This document shows, one piece after another, positions 10,512 through 24,047 of a stretch of 64,000 nt of DNA. Within the stretch, counting starts at the first letter, position 1. Each line of letters starts with the position of its first letter. The notes under the pieces are model-generated. The model ran no database searches, was not told the origin of the DNA, and saw only the letters and a list, made by a program, of their open reading frames with translations. Made by a program: the position numbers and the translations under genes. The stretch comes from Octopus vulgaris (lineage: Eukaryota), in NCBI GenBank assembly GCA_951406725.2, contig OX597815.1, positions 6,386,001-6,450,000 of the forward strand, written 5' to 3'.

Positions 10512-10627
10512 GTGCATACGGACGAAATCCCGCTAAGCAATTTTGCCCGCTTGCCGCCTTACTTAATACAGAAATATTCCAGGATATCTTAGAATATAGC
10601 AGTGTTCCATTACATCCTTTGATACCC

Positions 10628-10700
<73 letters not shown>

Positions 10701-10708
10701 CCTACTCA

Positions 10709-11082
10709 TCTCTCTATATATAAACGGCAGTTTGTCTCTGTGTGTGTCTGTGTGTCTGTTAGGTTGTACCCTCACCCTGACCACGGCTTTCAACCGATTC
10801 TGATGAAACTTGACACACACATAACCCAATGTCATAATTCAAAACTAACGCAGCGAAAATTTTGAAAATTTCCCCCAGTTTTGAAAAAACCGATAAATTC
10901 GATATGGGGTCGAGAATCAGAAACACAAACCACAGACTGTCTAGGGGATGCAACTCCACCTTTTTAACTCTCAAACAAAAATTTAGCATAATTTTTTTTC
11001 CATTTTTTTGGCTATAACTCTCTAAAAATGCTTTATAGTTATTTCCCTTACAAACCCGAGCAACGCCGGGCGATACTGCTAG
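10709..11082 (+). mobile_element. Non-autonomous Helitron, second subfamily
   Basis: A|TC ... CCCGAGCAACGCCGGGCGATACTGCTAG|T; 5' part differs from the 7063 copy. Confidence 0.8.
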
Positions 11083-11373
11083 TCTATCGATAAAATAAAT
11101 AACAGTTGGAGACTGGGGTCGATGTAATCGACTTACCACACATTACCCCGAAACTGTTGGCCCCGTACCAACATTTGAATCCAATCTTTCTGTTTTGAGT
11201 GTATGGTAAAACACTTAGACATGCTAGGGTATTAGATTAAACGTTGGAATACTGCTGTGGTAACCATGTTGGATCTGTTTAATTCCCGTTGAGGCAGCTA
11301 ATATATAATTTCAATGCCCGATTTCACTGAACCCTATCGTATTTAGAAAGTATAGAAATATATAGGTATATAT

Positions 11374-11417
<44 letters not shown>

Positions 11418-11539
11418 CTATAAGTGGCTGGGTTGCTAGCAGTTTAATAGATAGTGCATAGTTTTAGATGGAAATAGCGTGTAAATATAGGAAGGTATAT
11501 AGAGACAGATCGATGTATATAATCACAGATAAATCGATA

Positions 11540-11630
11540 AATTGACACATAGATGATTGATAGACAGATAAATACATCGACGGATAGTAAATAGATGCCT
11601 AACATTTAGATAGATAGATAGATAGATAGG

Positions 11631-11706
<76 letters not shown>

Positions 11707-11713
11707 GAAAGAG

Positions 11714-11748
<35 letters not shown>

Positions 11749-11834
11749 CGGGTAGGTAGGTAGATAGATAGATAGATAGATATAGGTAGGTAGGTAGGTA
11801 GGTAGGTAGGTAGGTAGATAGACAGACAGGTAGG

Positions 11835-11899
<65 letters not shown>

Positions 11900-11980
11900 G
11901 GGTAGATAGATAGATAGACAGACAGACAGATAGATAGATGGGTAGATAGGTAGGTAGGTAGATGGGTAGATAGATAGATA
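11540..11980. repeat. (TAGA/TAGG)n tetranucleotide microsatellite
   Basis: Direct reading. Confidence 0.95.
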
Positions 11981-12842
11981 TTACATGGATATATTGGTTG
12001 AAATTAGTTTCACCCTTAAGCACCATCTGTTCTGTTTTAGCCTTAATTCTCCAGACATTACTCCAACAGTATCTATATTTATTCAGCTTCACCGAACTCT
12101 CCTCCATAACACAATTCCTTCATCTCTCCCACTCTCATCAGTCCCCCACCCCCACCCCCCACCCCGCTCTCTACTTCGTGCTCCACAATAATGTGTTGCT
12201 TCCCCCCATCGGAATTCAATCTCCAATCCATGTTTCCCTTCCGCAGCCTTTCTGCCTCCCCCGCACAAACCGCCCTCCTCCTCCCCCTCGAAGCTTACGT
12301 CACCGACCGACCGTTGCCATGGGTTACTCAGCTCAACCCATTAGAACGCTGCTCGCTTCGTTGGCAATTGCTATAGAAGCTCGTCACGGTTCGCTTCAGA
12401 ACACTCTCGTGCGATGGCGGCTGACACTGGAGTGAAAAAAATAACAATCAAATAACAATAACGGAATAAAATAAAACCCGGAGCGATAATCGAGTAATTT
12501 CCGCCTGTAAAAGACTGCAAATGTTTCACTTTAAGACTTAAAACTTGTTGAAATTAGTCAACTTTTAGTTAAGCCCGTTGCAAATGCTTATTGTTATAAT
12601 TCATTTCATTTCATTTCATAAAGTAAGTTTATGGCGGTTGGGATTTTCACCTGCAAAGTGATCCAAGGAAAAGGAAAACGATGCTATTATTTTCCGTGAT
12701 GTTTGCTTCTCGTAAATTCTCTCTCAACACTCGAACGCACACATACAAACTGTGTTTTCAAGCGCTGCTTCTTTCACAGCCTGTTGTAACGAATTAGACA
12801 TGCGATATCTCATGTCACGATTGAAAACCAGAGAATTTCAAT

Positions 12843-13410
12843 CGATGTGCCGCCGCAGCTTACTACTGTGGTGCCGCCGATTATAATGAATTTAGGTCGA
12901 TGTGTCACATCTTACTATTACGGGAGCGCTGTCTGCCGCTACGTTCTGAGTTCAAATTCCGCCGAGGTCGACTTTGCCTTTCATCCTTTTTCGGGGGTCG
13001 ATTAAATAAGTACCAGTTACGCACTGGGGGTCGATATAATCGACTTAATCCATTTGTCTGTCCTTCTTTGTCCTCTCTGTGTTTAGCCCCTTGTGGGTAG
13101 TAAAGAAATAGGTATTTCGTTTGTTTTTTACGTTCTGAGTTCAAATTCCGCCGAGGTCGACTTTGCCTTTCATCCTTTCGGGGTCGATAAATTAAGTACC
13201 AGTTAACGCACTGGAGGTCGATATAATCGACTTAATCCGTTTGTCTGTCCTCTCTGTGTTTAGCCCCTTGTGGGTAGTAAAGAAGCAGATAATAGTGTGT
13301 CACAGTTTACTGCAGTGGTGCCGCCGACATTAGTGGATTTTCATCAGTGTGTGCCATGGTTTACTACTGCGATGTCGCCCATAATAATGAATTGAGGTGC
13401 CGCGATAGTG
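12843..13410. repeat. Degenerate ~55-bp minisatellite interrupted by a SINE B dimer
   Basis: Recurrent GTG..CA..TTACT....GTGGTGCCGCCGA...TGAATT units at about 12845, 12900, 13295 and 13348. Confidence 0.5.
12931..13284 (+). mobile_element. SINE family B, 5'-truncated tandem dimer
   Basis: Two units joined at AAAGAAATA|GGTATTTCG. Confidence 0.85.
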
Positions 13411-14640
13411 TAAAAGATTTGAAATCCAAACGTCAGACATTATATTCGCAGAGCAGAGATGTTGCGATGTTCATGCAAGTATATAAAATCACAAGATTCG
13501 ATTCGAGAGTTGAAATCAGTTCATGGCAGAAACACCGAATCAATAAACTTTTTGATCTTAGAATTTATGGTGCAAAGGTGTATCTATGACTTTGTGTGTG
13601 TATGTGTGTGATACAGTGGGGTTTTTTTTTATATATATATAAGTAGATGTGTCATTGTATCGTCATCGCGTCACGGTTGAATTTGTAGTCTTTTAATCCG
13701 TTGAATCTTTTTGGTTTGATTAGTACTTCTATGGCGTTCCTAAATTCACTTTGATCATTCTGGTCTTTGATCTTGCTGATTTTAATGGAATCGATACAAA
13801 TAATAATAATAATAATAATGGTAATAATAATAATAGCAATCGGTGTTCTATTTAATACCCGTTTCTGACACATGCTCACGTGCACTGGCTTCATACACCG
13901 ACAGTTCTATGTCACCGTGGTCTGGTCTGTAAGTCTTTTAGCATAAATTTGGTTTACTTTTCACTATTTCTTGGTCCATTTATAAAGTCACTATTCTTCT
14001 TTTAAAGATGGGGGGAGGACACTAAAAACTAAAAAATGTACTATTTTTATTTGGTATTTGTGGGGCGAAGAGCATCTTTTGAACCGAGCTAATTGAAAGA
14101 AGTCTTTGAGACATTTTTCCTTAACAAGTTTCCGTTTAAAATTTTAAAATATCTGTTTAATGGAAACTTTTCAAGCCTTCATTTTTGTCATTTTATATAC
14201 ATACATACACACACACACACGAAACACGCTGGAGTTGAACTAGGGACAGCTGATGAAGGGGATTTTTCCTTATGTAGTTTGTCTTGTACTCTGTTTTTTT
14301 TTCGTTTAGGTCCGTTTCCACGTTTGTTTTTACGTTTTCGTTGAGTTCTACGTCTATTTGTGGTCTCCTGTACTCACGTATATATATATTTATATATGCA
14401 TGTATGTATATACATGTAGATGTAGGTACGTACATATATGTATGTATGTATGCATATATTTTATTTATTACACTATTGTATGACTGAGCGCCCTCGCGTC
14501 GATTCGATTCGTTTTCGTTTCGTTTCATCTCCTCCAAGTAAGTTTTGTTATATATATATATATATATTTGTCTTACCTAAAATTCAACAGTTTTCCTCTC
14601 ACTGTTATATACAATCGAGTTAAAAATTTAAACTGTCCTG

Positions 14641-15012
14641 GCACAGGCGTGTCTGCGTGGTAAGAAGCTTGTCTCGTAACCATATGGCTCCGGGTTCAGT
14701 CCCACTGCCTGGCACATTGGGCAAGTGTTTTCTGCTATGGTCTCGGGCCGACCAAAGCTTTGTGAGTGGATTTGGTAAATGGGAACTGAAAGAAGACCAT
14801 CGTATGTGTGTGTATATGTTCATCACCCACCCCAGCTTGAGTGTTGGTGTGTTTACGTCCCCGTAACTTTGCGGTTCTACAAAAGATACCGATAGAATAA
14901 GTACCAGGCTTTAAAAAAAACATTAGACCGATTCGTTCGAGTAAAAATTCTTCAACGTGGTGCCCCAGCATGGTCACAGTCTAATGACTGAAACAAGTGA
15001 AAGATAAAAGAC
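14641..15012 (+). mobile_element. SINE family A, older copy
   Basis: Head GGTTCAGTCCC, TTGGGCAAGTG, tail GACTGAAACAAGTGAAAGATAAAAGA. Confidence 0.85.
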
Positions 15013-15063
15013 TGTCTTTGATGCCATTTGAAAGTGGTTTCGATTCTCACTTAGGTCGCCGTG

Positions 15064-15600
15064 TTAACCCATTAACTGCCAATTTTTTTTTTTTTTTTTC
15101 ATATTTTTTGGCTTTGCCTGGTGTCTGAGGAGTTAAAATAATATATAGTATTTAAATTTTCTTCATATGTGAATTATTTTGGAAATTATGATAAATTTTT
15201 CGAAAAGTCCCAAATGGGGATCGCTGAAAAAAAGCATATTTATCCCTTTCTATTCAATTGTAATAATAAACATTTCATTTTATTTTTAAACTATAGTATC
15301 GAATGCGAATGTATATGAAATATCAATGAATGATAAAGATGGGAAATGCAAAAAAAAAAAAAGAAAGGTTTGCAAAACAGTCAATATTTTTGCAGTTCTA
15401 AAATTTACGATTTATGACATAAAATGTCCTCTAGAATTAGCCAGAGCTAATAATGACAAACTTTAATTACTAAATATTGTTAAACACACCTCTGCAGATG
15501 CAATGTGCATAAGTAATCCCCTTTAAATACAACGAACAACCGGCAGTGAGACTGTTTGTAGGAGATCCCTAAATGGGGCTCATGGCAGGCAATGGATTAA
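15064..15600. mobile_element. piggyBac-like MITE
   Basis: TTAA-CCCATTAACTGCC ... GGCAGGCAATGGA-TTAA: imperfect TIRs with TTAA at both ends. Confidence 0.6.
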
Positions 15601-15654
15601 TTTCTGCTCCTCTGAAATATTGAAACTTGTGTCTTTGGCTTAGGTCCGTCATGA

Positions 15655-15975
15655 CCCCACTGGAACTCACAGCACCGGGACTTAACCCGGTTTCCTTAGT
15701 GTGTAAGTGAAGTAGATTATAAAATTCCCCACCTCCTGGACAAGACGCCAGTCCGTCGCAGTGTTAACTTCCCAGCTTACTGCTGGAACTCAATTACAGC
15801 TAAGCGGAAGTGGAGCAACGTGATGTAAAGTATTTTGCCGCATTTCGTCCGTCTTTACGTTCATAGCTTAAATTTTGCTGGGGTCGATGAAATAAATACC
15901 AGTTGAGCCCTGGGGTCGATATAGTCGACTTCCCCAAGTTTCAGGCCTTGTGCCTCCAGTAGAAAAGATTATTAT
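15655..15975. mobile_element. SINE family C fragment (-) joined to an old SINE B fragment (+)
   Basis: CTGGACAAGACGCCAGTCCGTCGCAG (V-like domain, reverse) then GGGGTCGATGAAATAAATACCAG. Confidence 0.55.
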
Positions 15976-16802
15976 TTCTTATTAATGTTATTTAATTCAC
16001 AGTTCGTCGTCAATATTTATGGATTTCTTTTGACTTGCTACACATTTCTTGATTTAAAATTCCGCTTTTGTTTTATTTTCCTTTTCGTTAGACTCTGGGC
16101 CGAAAACCACGTAAAACCATTGTTAATTTAAACATACCTCTAATATCTTCATCTTGAAACGTGATGAGAATATTTTTACAGTACGTTTAATTCACACAGA
16201 CGAGATGTTGCAAACCCGACAACTTAAAACCGAAATCTGGGGGGTGATTAATCACGCAGCTTAAAAGTTCAACATTGTAGCCAAGTGGTTATAGTGTTTG
16301 GCTCACGGCCATAAGGTCGTAGGTTCAATTTCTAGGCCGGGCCGTGTTTTGTGTCACTTTATTTCACTTTGCGCCAGTCTATTCCAGTGGAAACAAGTAA
16401 CAGCTAGTTGCTTGTGCAGCTTTTTCTCTCTTTCCAGTTGTCACATCCTGAATGTGATAGCCGGATCAAACATAACCGAGGCCCAAGAAGGGGTGCATGT
16501 TTCTGGCAGCCACATAAACATATGCGGCAGTTAGCAAAAGCGTGGTTCAGGCGACGAAAGCCGCATTGGCTGGCTGCGTGTGAATTATAGTTTCTGTAAT
16601 GGAAAAAATAATTGTTTCTTAAATTGGGGAGGCAACCACAAATTATTGTTCTTAAAGAGAAAAGAAAATGTGAAGTCGTACTCATCCCTTTCTTAAGAGC
16701 TTTAACTGTTTAATAACAGCGAAGGGGTTTTCTGTGAAATACTTGCGCAGCTAAGGGGACGAAGGAGTGGCGCTTTTGGGTCTGCTGTCTAAGCGTGTAT
16801 AA

Positions 16803-17214
16803 GGCGGCGAGTGGCAGAATCGTTAGTGCGCCGGGCAAAACGCTTAGCGGTATTTCGTCTGCTGCTACGTTCTGAGTTCAAATTCCGCCGAGGTCGACAT
16901 TGCCTTTCATCCTTTCAGGGTCGATAAATTAAGTACCAGTTACGCACCGGGGTCGATGTAATCGACATAATCCGTTTGTCTGACCTTCTTTGTCCCCTCT
17001 GTGTTTAGCCCCTTGTGGGTAGTAAACAAACAGGTATTTCGTCTGCCGCTACGTTCTGGGTTCAAATTCCGCCGAGGTCGACTTTGCCTTTCATCCTTTC
17101 GGGGTCGGTTAAATAAGTACCAGCTGAATACTGGGGTCAATGTAATCGACTTAATCCCTTTGTCTGTCTTTGTTTGTCCACTCTATATTTAGCCCCTTGT
17201 GGGCAACAAAGAAA
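16803..17214 (+). mobile_element. SINE family B dimer
   Basis: Full head GGCGGCGAGTGGCAGAATCG plus two core-tail units. Confidence 0.88.
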
Positions 17215-17609
17215 TATATATAAGCTTGTATAGAGGGCGAGGAGGCGGCGTGGGAGAAAACTCCACAGCTTCCCGTGGGAGCATATACTCAAGCAACGCC
17301 AATACAATGAAAATATAAATATAAAACAAAATAAGGCCCCCACATTTTTAGGTGGGTGCAGTCATTTTAACCTACCCCAGGGGATTTAAACTCAGAGCGT
17401 AAAAGGACTAACTAAACACCATAAAGTATTTCTTCCGTTGTGCAAGGTTTCTCACTTTGCGAAAGAAATATATATGGCTGACATGACCTTCAAAATAGAC
17501 TCCTGCTATCTTTAAAGAAGCACATTAAATAGTGTAGTCGTAGGTACACTGTGCCTGAAAAGAGGACGGTATGGTCTTCATGGATAGATTGTCTTTATTG
17601 CGGATTTGT

Positions 17610-17895
17610 GAAGTCACGTGGCCTAGTGGATAGGGTGGTGCGTTCATAATAGCAAAAGTGTGGTCTCGATTCCCGGATTGGGGCGGTGCGTTGTGTTCTG
17701 GGACGAAACACTTCATTTCACGTTGCTTTAACCGATACAGAGGGAAACGGGTGACCCTGCGACAGACTAGCGTCCCATCCAGTGGCATGTTCTGATATCG
17801 GTAACTTTTAAGCCATGGAAACCAGTTACTGGCCCTAAGAGCCCCAGGACTCGAGACAGTAATGCCCAAGGTTCGACGATGATCAAGATAGACAT
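17610..17895 (+). mobile_element. tRNA-derived SINE family C (V-domain-like), diverged
   Basis: TGGCCTAGTGG A box, TCTCGATTCCC B box, CCCTGCGACAGACTAGCGTCCCATCCAG. Confidence 0.7.
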
Positions 17896-17917
17896 GGGTC
17901 TGCCTTGATGAACAAAG

Positions 17918-18644
17918 ACCTTTCATTACCGTATTTCTGTTGAGATGCTCTGTGTTTCTTTCAATTATTTTAAACAAAGAATTTAGTAAAATACCTTAGT
18001 TCTCATTAAGTTAGTGTTAGGAACATAAACTGTGACTAAGGTATGGTGGAAGATTTTAATTCAAAACTTATGAAAACAAGACATTTGTACTACAGAACCA
18101 GAGGCGGTTTCAGCCGGGTTGCTATCAAAAGGGCTAAGAATTGTTTCTCTATTATATATTTTAAACCTTTTGTTACCATATTTCTGTTCAGATGCTCCCC
18201 GTTTCTTTCAATTACTTTAAAATTTAACAAATAATTTAGTAAAATAACTTAGTTATCATTAAGTTAGTGTTAGGAACATAAATTGTGACTAAGGTTTGGT
18301 GGAAGATTTTAATTCAAAACTTATGAAAACAAGACATTTGTACTACAGAGCCAGAGGCAGTTTCAGCCGGGTTGGTATCAAAAGGGTTAAGAATTGTTTC
18401 TCTATTATATATTTTAACCCTTTTGTTACCATATTTCTGTTGAGATGCTCTGTGTTTCTTTCAATTAATTTTAAATATAACAAAGAATTTAGTAAAACAA
18501 CTTAGTTATCATTAAAGCTAGTGTTAGGAACATAAATTGTGACTAAGGTTTGGTGGAAGATTTTAATTTAGAACTTATGAAAACAAGACATTTGTACTAC
18601 AGAGCCAGAGCGGGTTTCAGCCAGGTTTGCAACGAAAGACTTAA
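17918..18644. mobile_element. Tandem trimer of a ~230-bp piggyBac-like MITE (~253-bp period)
   Basis: Units TTAACCCTTTTGTTACC ... GGTATCAAAAGGGTTAA separated by GAATTGTTTCTCTATTATATATT. Confidence 0.8.
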
Positions 18645-18978
18645 GCCTGGCTACTCAGGACAAACATTTGCTGTGAACTACAGCTACTACAGCACTAACA
18701 ACTGCAACAAATTTACTGAAAACTATTTGCAACTGTAACCTAAGTAGTGTTTGTTTGATTGTATTTCACTGTCTTCAACCAGGACGTACGAAACAATGTG
18801 AGATGAGATCATTGAAAACAAGCTGTGTTTGTTTTTCTACTTTATTCATAGTTTATATAACAGTCTGTCTATATATATATATACTATATAACTGTCTATA
18901 TATACTAAGTAACAGTGTATATAGCATAAGTATGTAGTCTATATAGCATGTCTATATAACGTTGTGTATAGTATATAC

Positions 18979-19212
18979 CTATTTTTTTACTACCCACAAG
19001 GGGCTAAACACAGAGAGGACAAACAAGGACAGACAAAGGGATTAAGTCGATTACATCGACCCCAGAGCGTAACTGGTACTTAATTTATCGACCCCGAAAG
19101 GATGAAAGGCAAAGTCGACCTCGGCGGAATTTGAACCCAGAACGTAACGGCAGACGAAATACGGCTACGCATTTCGCCCGGCGTGCTTAACGTTTCTGCC
19201 AGCTCGCCGCCT
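18979..19212 (-). mobile_element. SINE family B, full-length monomer
   Basis: Reverse complement of the family B sequence. Confidence 0.88.
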
Positions 19213-19307
19213 TGTATACCGTGTATATATAGTGGTCTATGCAGTCTGTATAACGATGTATACTGTATAACTATATAATCTATATTGCAAGTCTATATGG
19301 TATAATT

Positions 19308-19591
19308 GTGGTGGCACATGGCCTAGTGGTTAGAGCAGCGGACTCGCGGTCGAGGGTCGAGGTATCGCGGGTTCGATTCTCAGACCGGGCGATGTGTGCG
19401 TTTATGAGCGAAACACCTAAGCTCCACGCGGCTCCGGTAGAAGGTAATGGCGAACTTCTGCTGACTCTTTCGCCACAAGTTTCTCTCACTCTTTAATCCT
19501 GCAGCTCACCGGCGTCCCGTCCAGGTGGGGAACCTCTACGCCGAGGAAACCGGCCCTTATGAGCCAGGCGTGACTCGAGAAAGAACAAACA
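19308..19591 (+). mobile_element. tRNA-derived SINE family C, full length with 13-bp TSD
   Basis: TSD ATATGGTATAATT at 19295-19307 and 19592-19604; A box TGGCCTAGTGG, B box GGTTCGATTCT; GGCGTCCCGTCCAGG. Confidence 0.88.
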
Positions 19592-20380
19592 ATATGGTAT
19601 AATTATATAGTTTATATACCAGTGTATGTTGTATAACGATGCATTGTATATATATTGTGTATGAGATTGGAAAAATGTTTGGGAATTATTTATTCGCCAT
19701 TACACATGTTTCATTTGTTAATAGGAGTTACAAAATTGTACATGTAGGCAAACTATGTAAAGTATCTCCCGTTAGAAATTCTTCAGGCAGAGAATCAAAT
19801 AATACATATACACTTCTACGACGTGTATGTTGTCTGGTTATTAAAGCCTACTTACACAGTCTTCACAACTCGGGTATTTCCTGTTTTCATAAAGTCATTT
19901 CTAATTTTATGAATTTAAAAGGTTAAATATATATATATAAAAAAAAAAAAAGAAAGCTCGACTCCAGTTCAATTCTTGGATCAAATAAGCTTTGTCCTTA
20001 AATTGATCACCTCTACACTCTATGGTTGACGGGGTTTGCTTTTTAATTTAGATTTTGTGCTTCGTCTTTTCAGCTATTTTCATGATGTTAGAGCATTTGG
20101 TGGTAATAAGCTGTTTAGCTCCAGTTGAAGTCTTAAATTAAAGAGTAAACAGACTTATGATTGAAAGAATTCCAGTCGTGACCACCCCATTTGTTTATGG
20201 GTATCCAGGTCTACGTTACCTAACACATCCTTCCTTTTTTTTAAAGAAGGTATAGTGTGATTTGATAGCGATTTGGCTTCTGTTTCTTGCAGATCGAATG
20301 ACCAGGTCAATACTCCATCGTTGTAGCAAGGGACCAAAACATACCGATCCTTTTCTATTTCATCTGCTTTTTATGTTCAA

Positions 20381-20765
20381 CTAGCAGTATCGTCCGACGT
20401 TGCTCGGGTTTGTAAGGGAAATAACTATATAAGCATTTTTAGAGAGTTATAGCCAAAAAATGCATTAAAAATGGAAAAAAAAATTACTGTAGGTTTTTAC
20501 GTTCTGAGATTTAATAATACATTTTTAGAGAGTTACTTCCCTTATATAATAGCAAAAAAATGCATTACAAATGGGAAAAAATGGTGGTAAATTTTTTTTA
20601 AAATCGTAGACTCATCGTAGACGCGCGCTAATACCCAGAAGGGCTCGATATGAATCACGACTATAAGATACCCGGTTTTGGTTAAACTGCACCGCAAAAT
20701 GTGGGAGTAGTTAGGAATCTAAATCGTAGGAGACAGACACACAACTTTAGTTTTATATATAAAGA
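20381..20765 (-). mobile_element. Non-autonomous Helitron
   Basis: Reverse complement has A|TC ... CTAG|T; same family as 7063. Confidence 0.85.
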
Positions 20766-21048
20766 TAATGCTGGGGAGAGATACTGCTGGGGTAGGTGGA
20801 AACGGTACGTTTTCGGCGGCAAGCTGGGTTTGAACCTTGGTTTTTCATTTTAACTGGAAACAATTTATTTAAGAACAGACTTTTAATCATTTATTGGTTG
20901 AGTCTAACAATTGCAGATGTCATTTATATTTGGTCTCCCTCGTCACTTTAATAACTGCACGGTGATCTCAGTTCGCTTCGTGAGGGAATTCAGATCCTGG
21001 AGACGATGTAATAGTGGTCTCCACTATTTTGGCGGGTATATTGGACCC

Positions 21049-21156
21049 GGGTGAAATGCTTAGAGATATTTCGTCTGTCGTTACGTTCTGAGTTCAAATT
21101 CCGCCGAGGTCGACTTTGCCTTTCATCTTTTCGGGGTCGAAAAATAAAGTACCAGT
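21049..21156 (+). mobile_element. Internal SINE B fragment flanked by a 25-bp direct repeat
   Basis: CTATTTTGGCGGGTATATTGGACCC at 21024-21048 and 21157-21181. Confidence 0.8.
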
Positions 21157-21375
21157 CTATTTTGGCGGGTATATTGGACCCAGCTCTACATTGGTTTTTT
21201 TTTTTGTCTCCTCCAAGGTGTTGATCCTGGTTGTTACAAAGTCGAGGGTGGCTTGGTAGCAAGAGCCTCTCCACTGAGCTCTATTCAATGCATCCATGTC
21301 TAAAGAAAATAAAACCTTCATTGCATATTGTCTATAATCGTTATTATTGTTATTAATATGGGGAAAATACGTAGG

Positions 21376-21980
21376 GAGGCGAGCTGGCAGAATCGTTAGA
21401 ACGGCGGATGAAATGCTTAGCGGCATTTCGTCTGCCGCTACGTTCTGAGCTCAAATTCCGCCGAGGTCGACTTTGCCTTTCATCCTTTCAGGGTCGATTA
21501 AATAAGTACCAGTTACGCACTGGGGTCGATGTAATCTACTTAATCTGTTTGTTGTCCTTGTTTGTCCTCTCTGTGTTTAGCCCCTTGTGGGTAGTAAAGA
21601 AATAGGTATTTCGTCTGCCGTTACGTTCTGAGTTCAAATTCCGCCAAGGTCGACTTTGCCTTTCATCCTTTCAGGGTCGATTAAATAAGTACCAGTTACG
21701 CACTGGGGTCGATGTAATCGACTTAATCCGTCTGTCTGTCCTTGTTTGTCCCCTCTGTGTGCAGCCCCTGGTGGGCAGTAAAGAAATAAGAATCGTTAGA
21801 ACGGCGGGCGAAATGCTTAGCGGCATTTCGTTCGTCTTTGCGTTATGAATGTAAATGCCGCCAGGGTTGACATTGCCTTTTATCCATTCCGAGATCGATG
21901 AAATAGGTACCAGTTGTGCACTGGCGTCAATGCAATTGGATTATTCCATTGCTGGCCTTGTGTCAAAATTTGAAACCATT
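21376..21980 (+). mobile_element. SINE B dimer nested in the head of an older SINE B
   Basis: AGAATCGTTAGAACGGCGG duplicated at about 21389 and 21789; older copy continues to the alternative tail AAAATTTGAAACC. Confidence 0.8.
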
Positions 21981-22301
21981 ATCATTTGACTTTCTGTAAA
22001 TTCCTACAAAATATTCGACCCTCCTCCCCTTATCGTTACAATTATTATTTTTGTTAACCAAAAGAAGAAACGGTTGAGGAAGAAATGCATTTCTTGATAA
22101 ATGTTGTCGCTTCTCTCTCTCTTTCTCTCTCTCCTTCTATAAATTTTTTATTCTCAGTTTTATAAAAATATGATAAAAGCCAACTGGTTTATTTATTCCT
22201 CTTCAAACATTGCATATGGCTGTTTCCACATCTCAGTTGCAGTTAGCTTGGTAAGCAAGTTGTATTTATTTATTTTTAAATTAATCATTTTACCTTCTGT
22301 C

Positions 22302-22346
<45 letters not shown>

Positions 22347-23268
22347 GTTTGCTCGTAGTCTTGTCCGTCTCCCACGAAATTCTTTTTCTCATTCAGTCCA
22401 GAAAAAACAAAATAACAATAATAGCTGAATAAATATCAAAAAAAAAAAAAAAAAACGAAAGTCGAAACAACTTTTAAGCAGAAGTCCTACTCGTCCTGCA
22501 ACTCCAAGCGCATTCCTTACTACACTGTGGCAATGGACTGACAACATACCTATCCTCTCTCTCTGTCTCTCTCTTTTCCCCCTCTTCATCAACTGATGGC
22601 CTGGAATTATATATAAACCCCTTATTTAAAATATCAGGAATATGGAAAGCTCTCTCATTCTTCAATCGATCGATCATTCTTCAACTGAATCAATCAATCA
22701 ATCGATCAAGCTGTGCAACAACTTTCAGCATCGATATCCTAATTTTTAATTGTAGTAGTAAGCTAGAAAGAGAGATACAATGTGGTGACATCTTAAAGTG
22801 TCACTTTGTCAAAGTTGACCACCTGTGATTCGGTTCCGCCGCCGTCGCCGCTCCTATCGATCTGATGACGTGCTACCACGTGACTGCCGTTCGGCGCCTG
22901 GATTGGTCTTTCGCTGCGAAGCTACGATTTTTTTTCGCCTTCGTGTCGCACTTGCAAGTGCGTGTTTTTTTGCACAAACATCTGCTGGCAGCTCTGGGAA
23001 TACATTTCACCGAATGCAACCGACTGGATTCCTTCTACGCGCACAGATCTTACAGGGAAAAAAACCGGGAGGAAAAGAGAGAATTGAATTCTTATACTGA
23101 CACACACGGTCTCATCATCAGTAAAATAGATGCTACACTGCTGGTACAGGCGGAGGCAAGGAGTCTGCCTCCCTGTTGCCAAACGCTTATTTTCATTCGG
23201 AAATATAACATATTTTACTCATTTAAAAAGCTTCACTCATGATTCCAGAGGATTACCTTTCTGTGAAC

Positions 23269-23305
23269 ATGGATATTTTACGGACGGCTAGGAGGCACAA
23301 AGAAG
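23269..23305 (+). CDS. Putative first coding exon (MDILRTARRHKE + G, phase 1)
   Basis: ATG at 23269, donor AAG|GTAATG at 23305/23306; joins in frame to the acceptor at 24060/24061. Confidence 0.5.
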
Positions 23306-24047
23306 GTAATGGCTATATATTTAAATTATAAAACAACAATGTTGTGGAATTTACACAAGTTGATGTCTAATGTTGGTAAATAACACCAAATGCATCCCCC
23401 TGCATATTGCTACACGGCGGACTCGATTCTCTCGTAGCACAATATTTCACTGAAACACAAATGACAGCTAAACATTTCTTTATATTCTACGACTACAAAC
23501 AAAGGTCACCCTTCATTCACTTTGATTGTTCTCCATCATAAAAATTCCTCGCTAATCTATGAAACACCTTAATATTCCTGCTGAATAACCATTCCTGTTA
23601 TTTTGTCAATACTGAAAAAAAAAAAGTGGAAAAACCAAAAAAATAGCAAGAAAAAGAAAAAAAAGTTTCTGCGCAACTGGCAAAGTTGGGTGTGTTTGCA
23701 TATGTAAAAAAAAAAACGAAAAAAAGAAAGAAAAATTGTAATCAATATGTATTATCTTTCCTCTGTCCTCTACACACCTCTGTAGCCCTAAACCTGTCCT
23801 TGTGGCTTGACTACCACAGTATGTATGTCATTGTAAATATATTTATAACTCGCTTTCTCATCACAAACGACGTGGACAGCTGTTACATGCGGCAGGTCGG
23901 CTCTCTCTCTTCGGATCTATACAACTGATTGATTTTTATTCATGGATTACATTTTGGATTAAATCAACTGTTTATCTAAAAACTATTTAAAACTGCCGTT
24001 TTCTTTCTTTATTTCTTCTCCGATGTTCTTTCAATGACTCTCAAACG

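Noticed and set aside
12900-13144. Recurrent FKFRRGRLCLSSF and RPRKDERQSRPRRNLN ORFs
   Set aside because: Translations of the SINE family B core
14220-14280. GAAA...CTGATGA-AGGGGATTTTTCC hammerhead-like words
   Set aside because: No GAAA after the putative stem II and no consistent three-helix fold; at most a truncated relic
17918-18644. Repeat-spacer array resembling CRISPR
   Set aside because: Spacers are identical, units are ~230-bp MITEs, the context is eukaryotic and no cas genes are present
19308-19390. Possible tRNA gene (also heads at 9165, 48776, 55300)
   Set aside because: A and B boxes present but no closed acceptor stem; each continues into a repeat body
22825-23242. ORFs of 86-125 aa upstream of the putative first coding exon
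   Set aside because: No motifs or coding-like composition; more likely 5' UTR or promoter sequence
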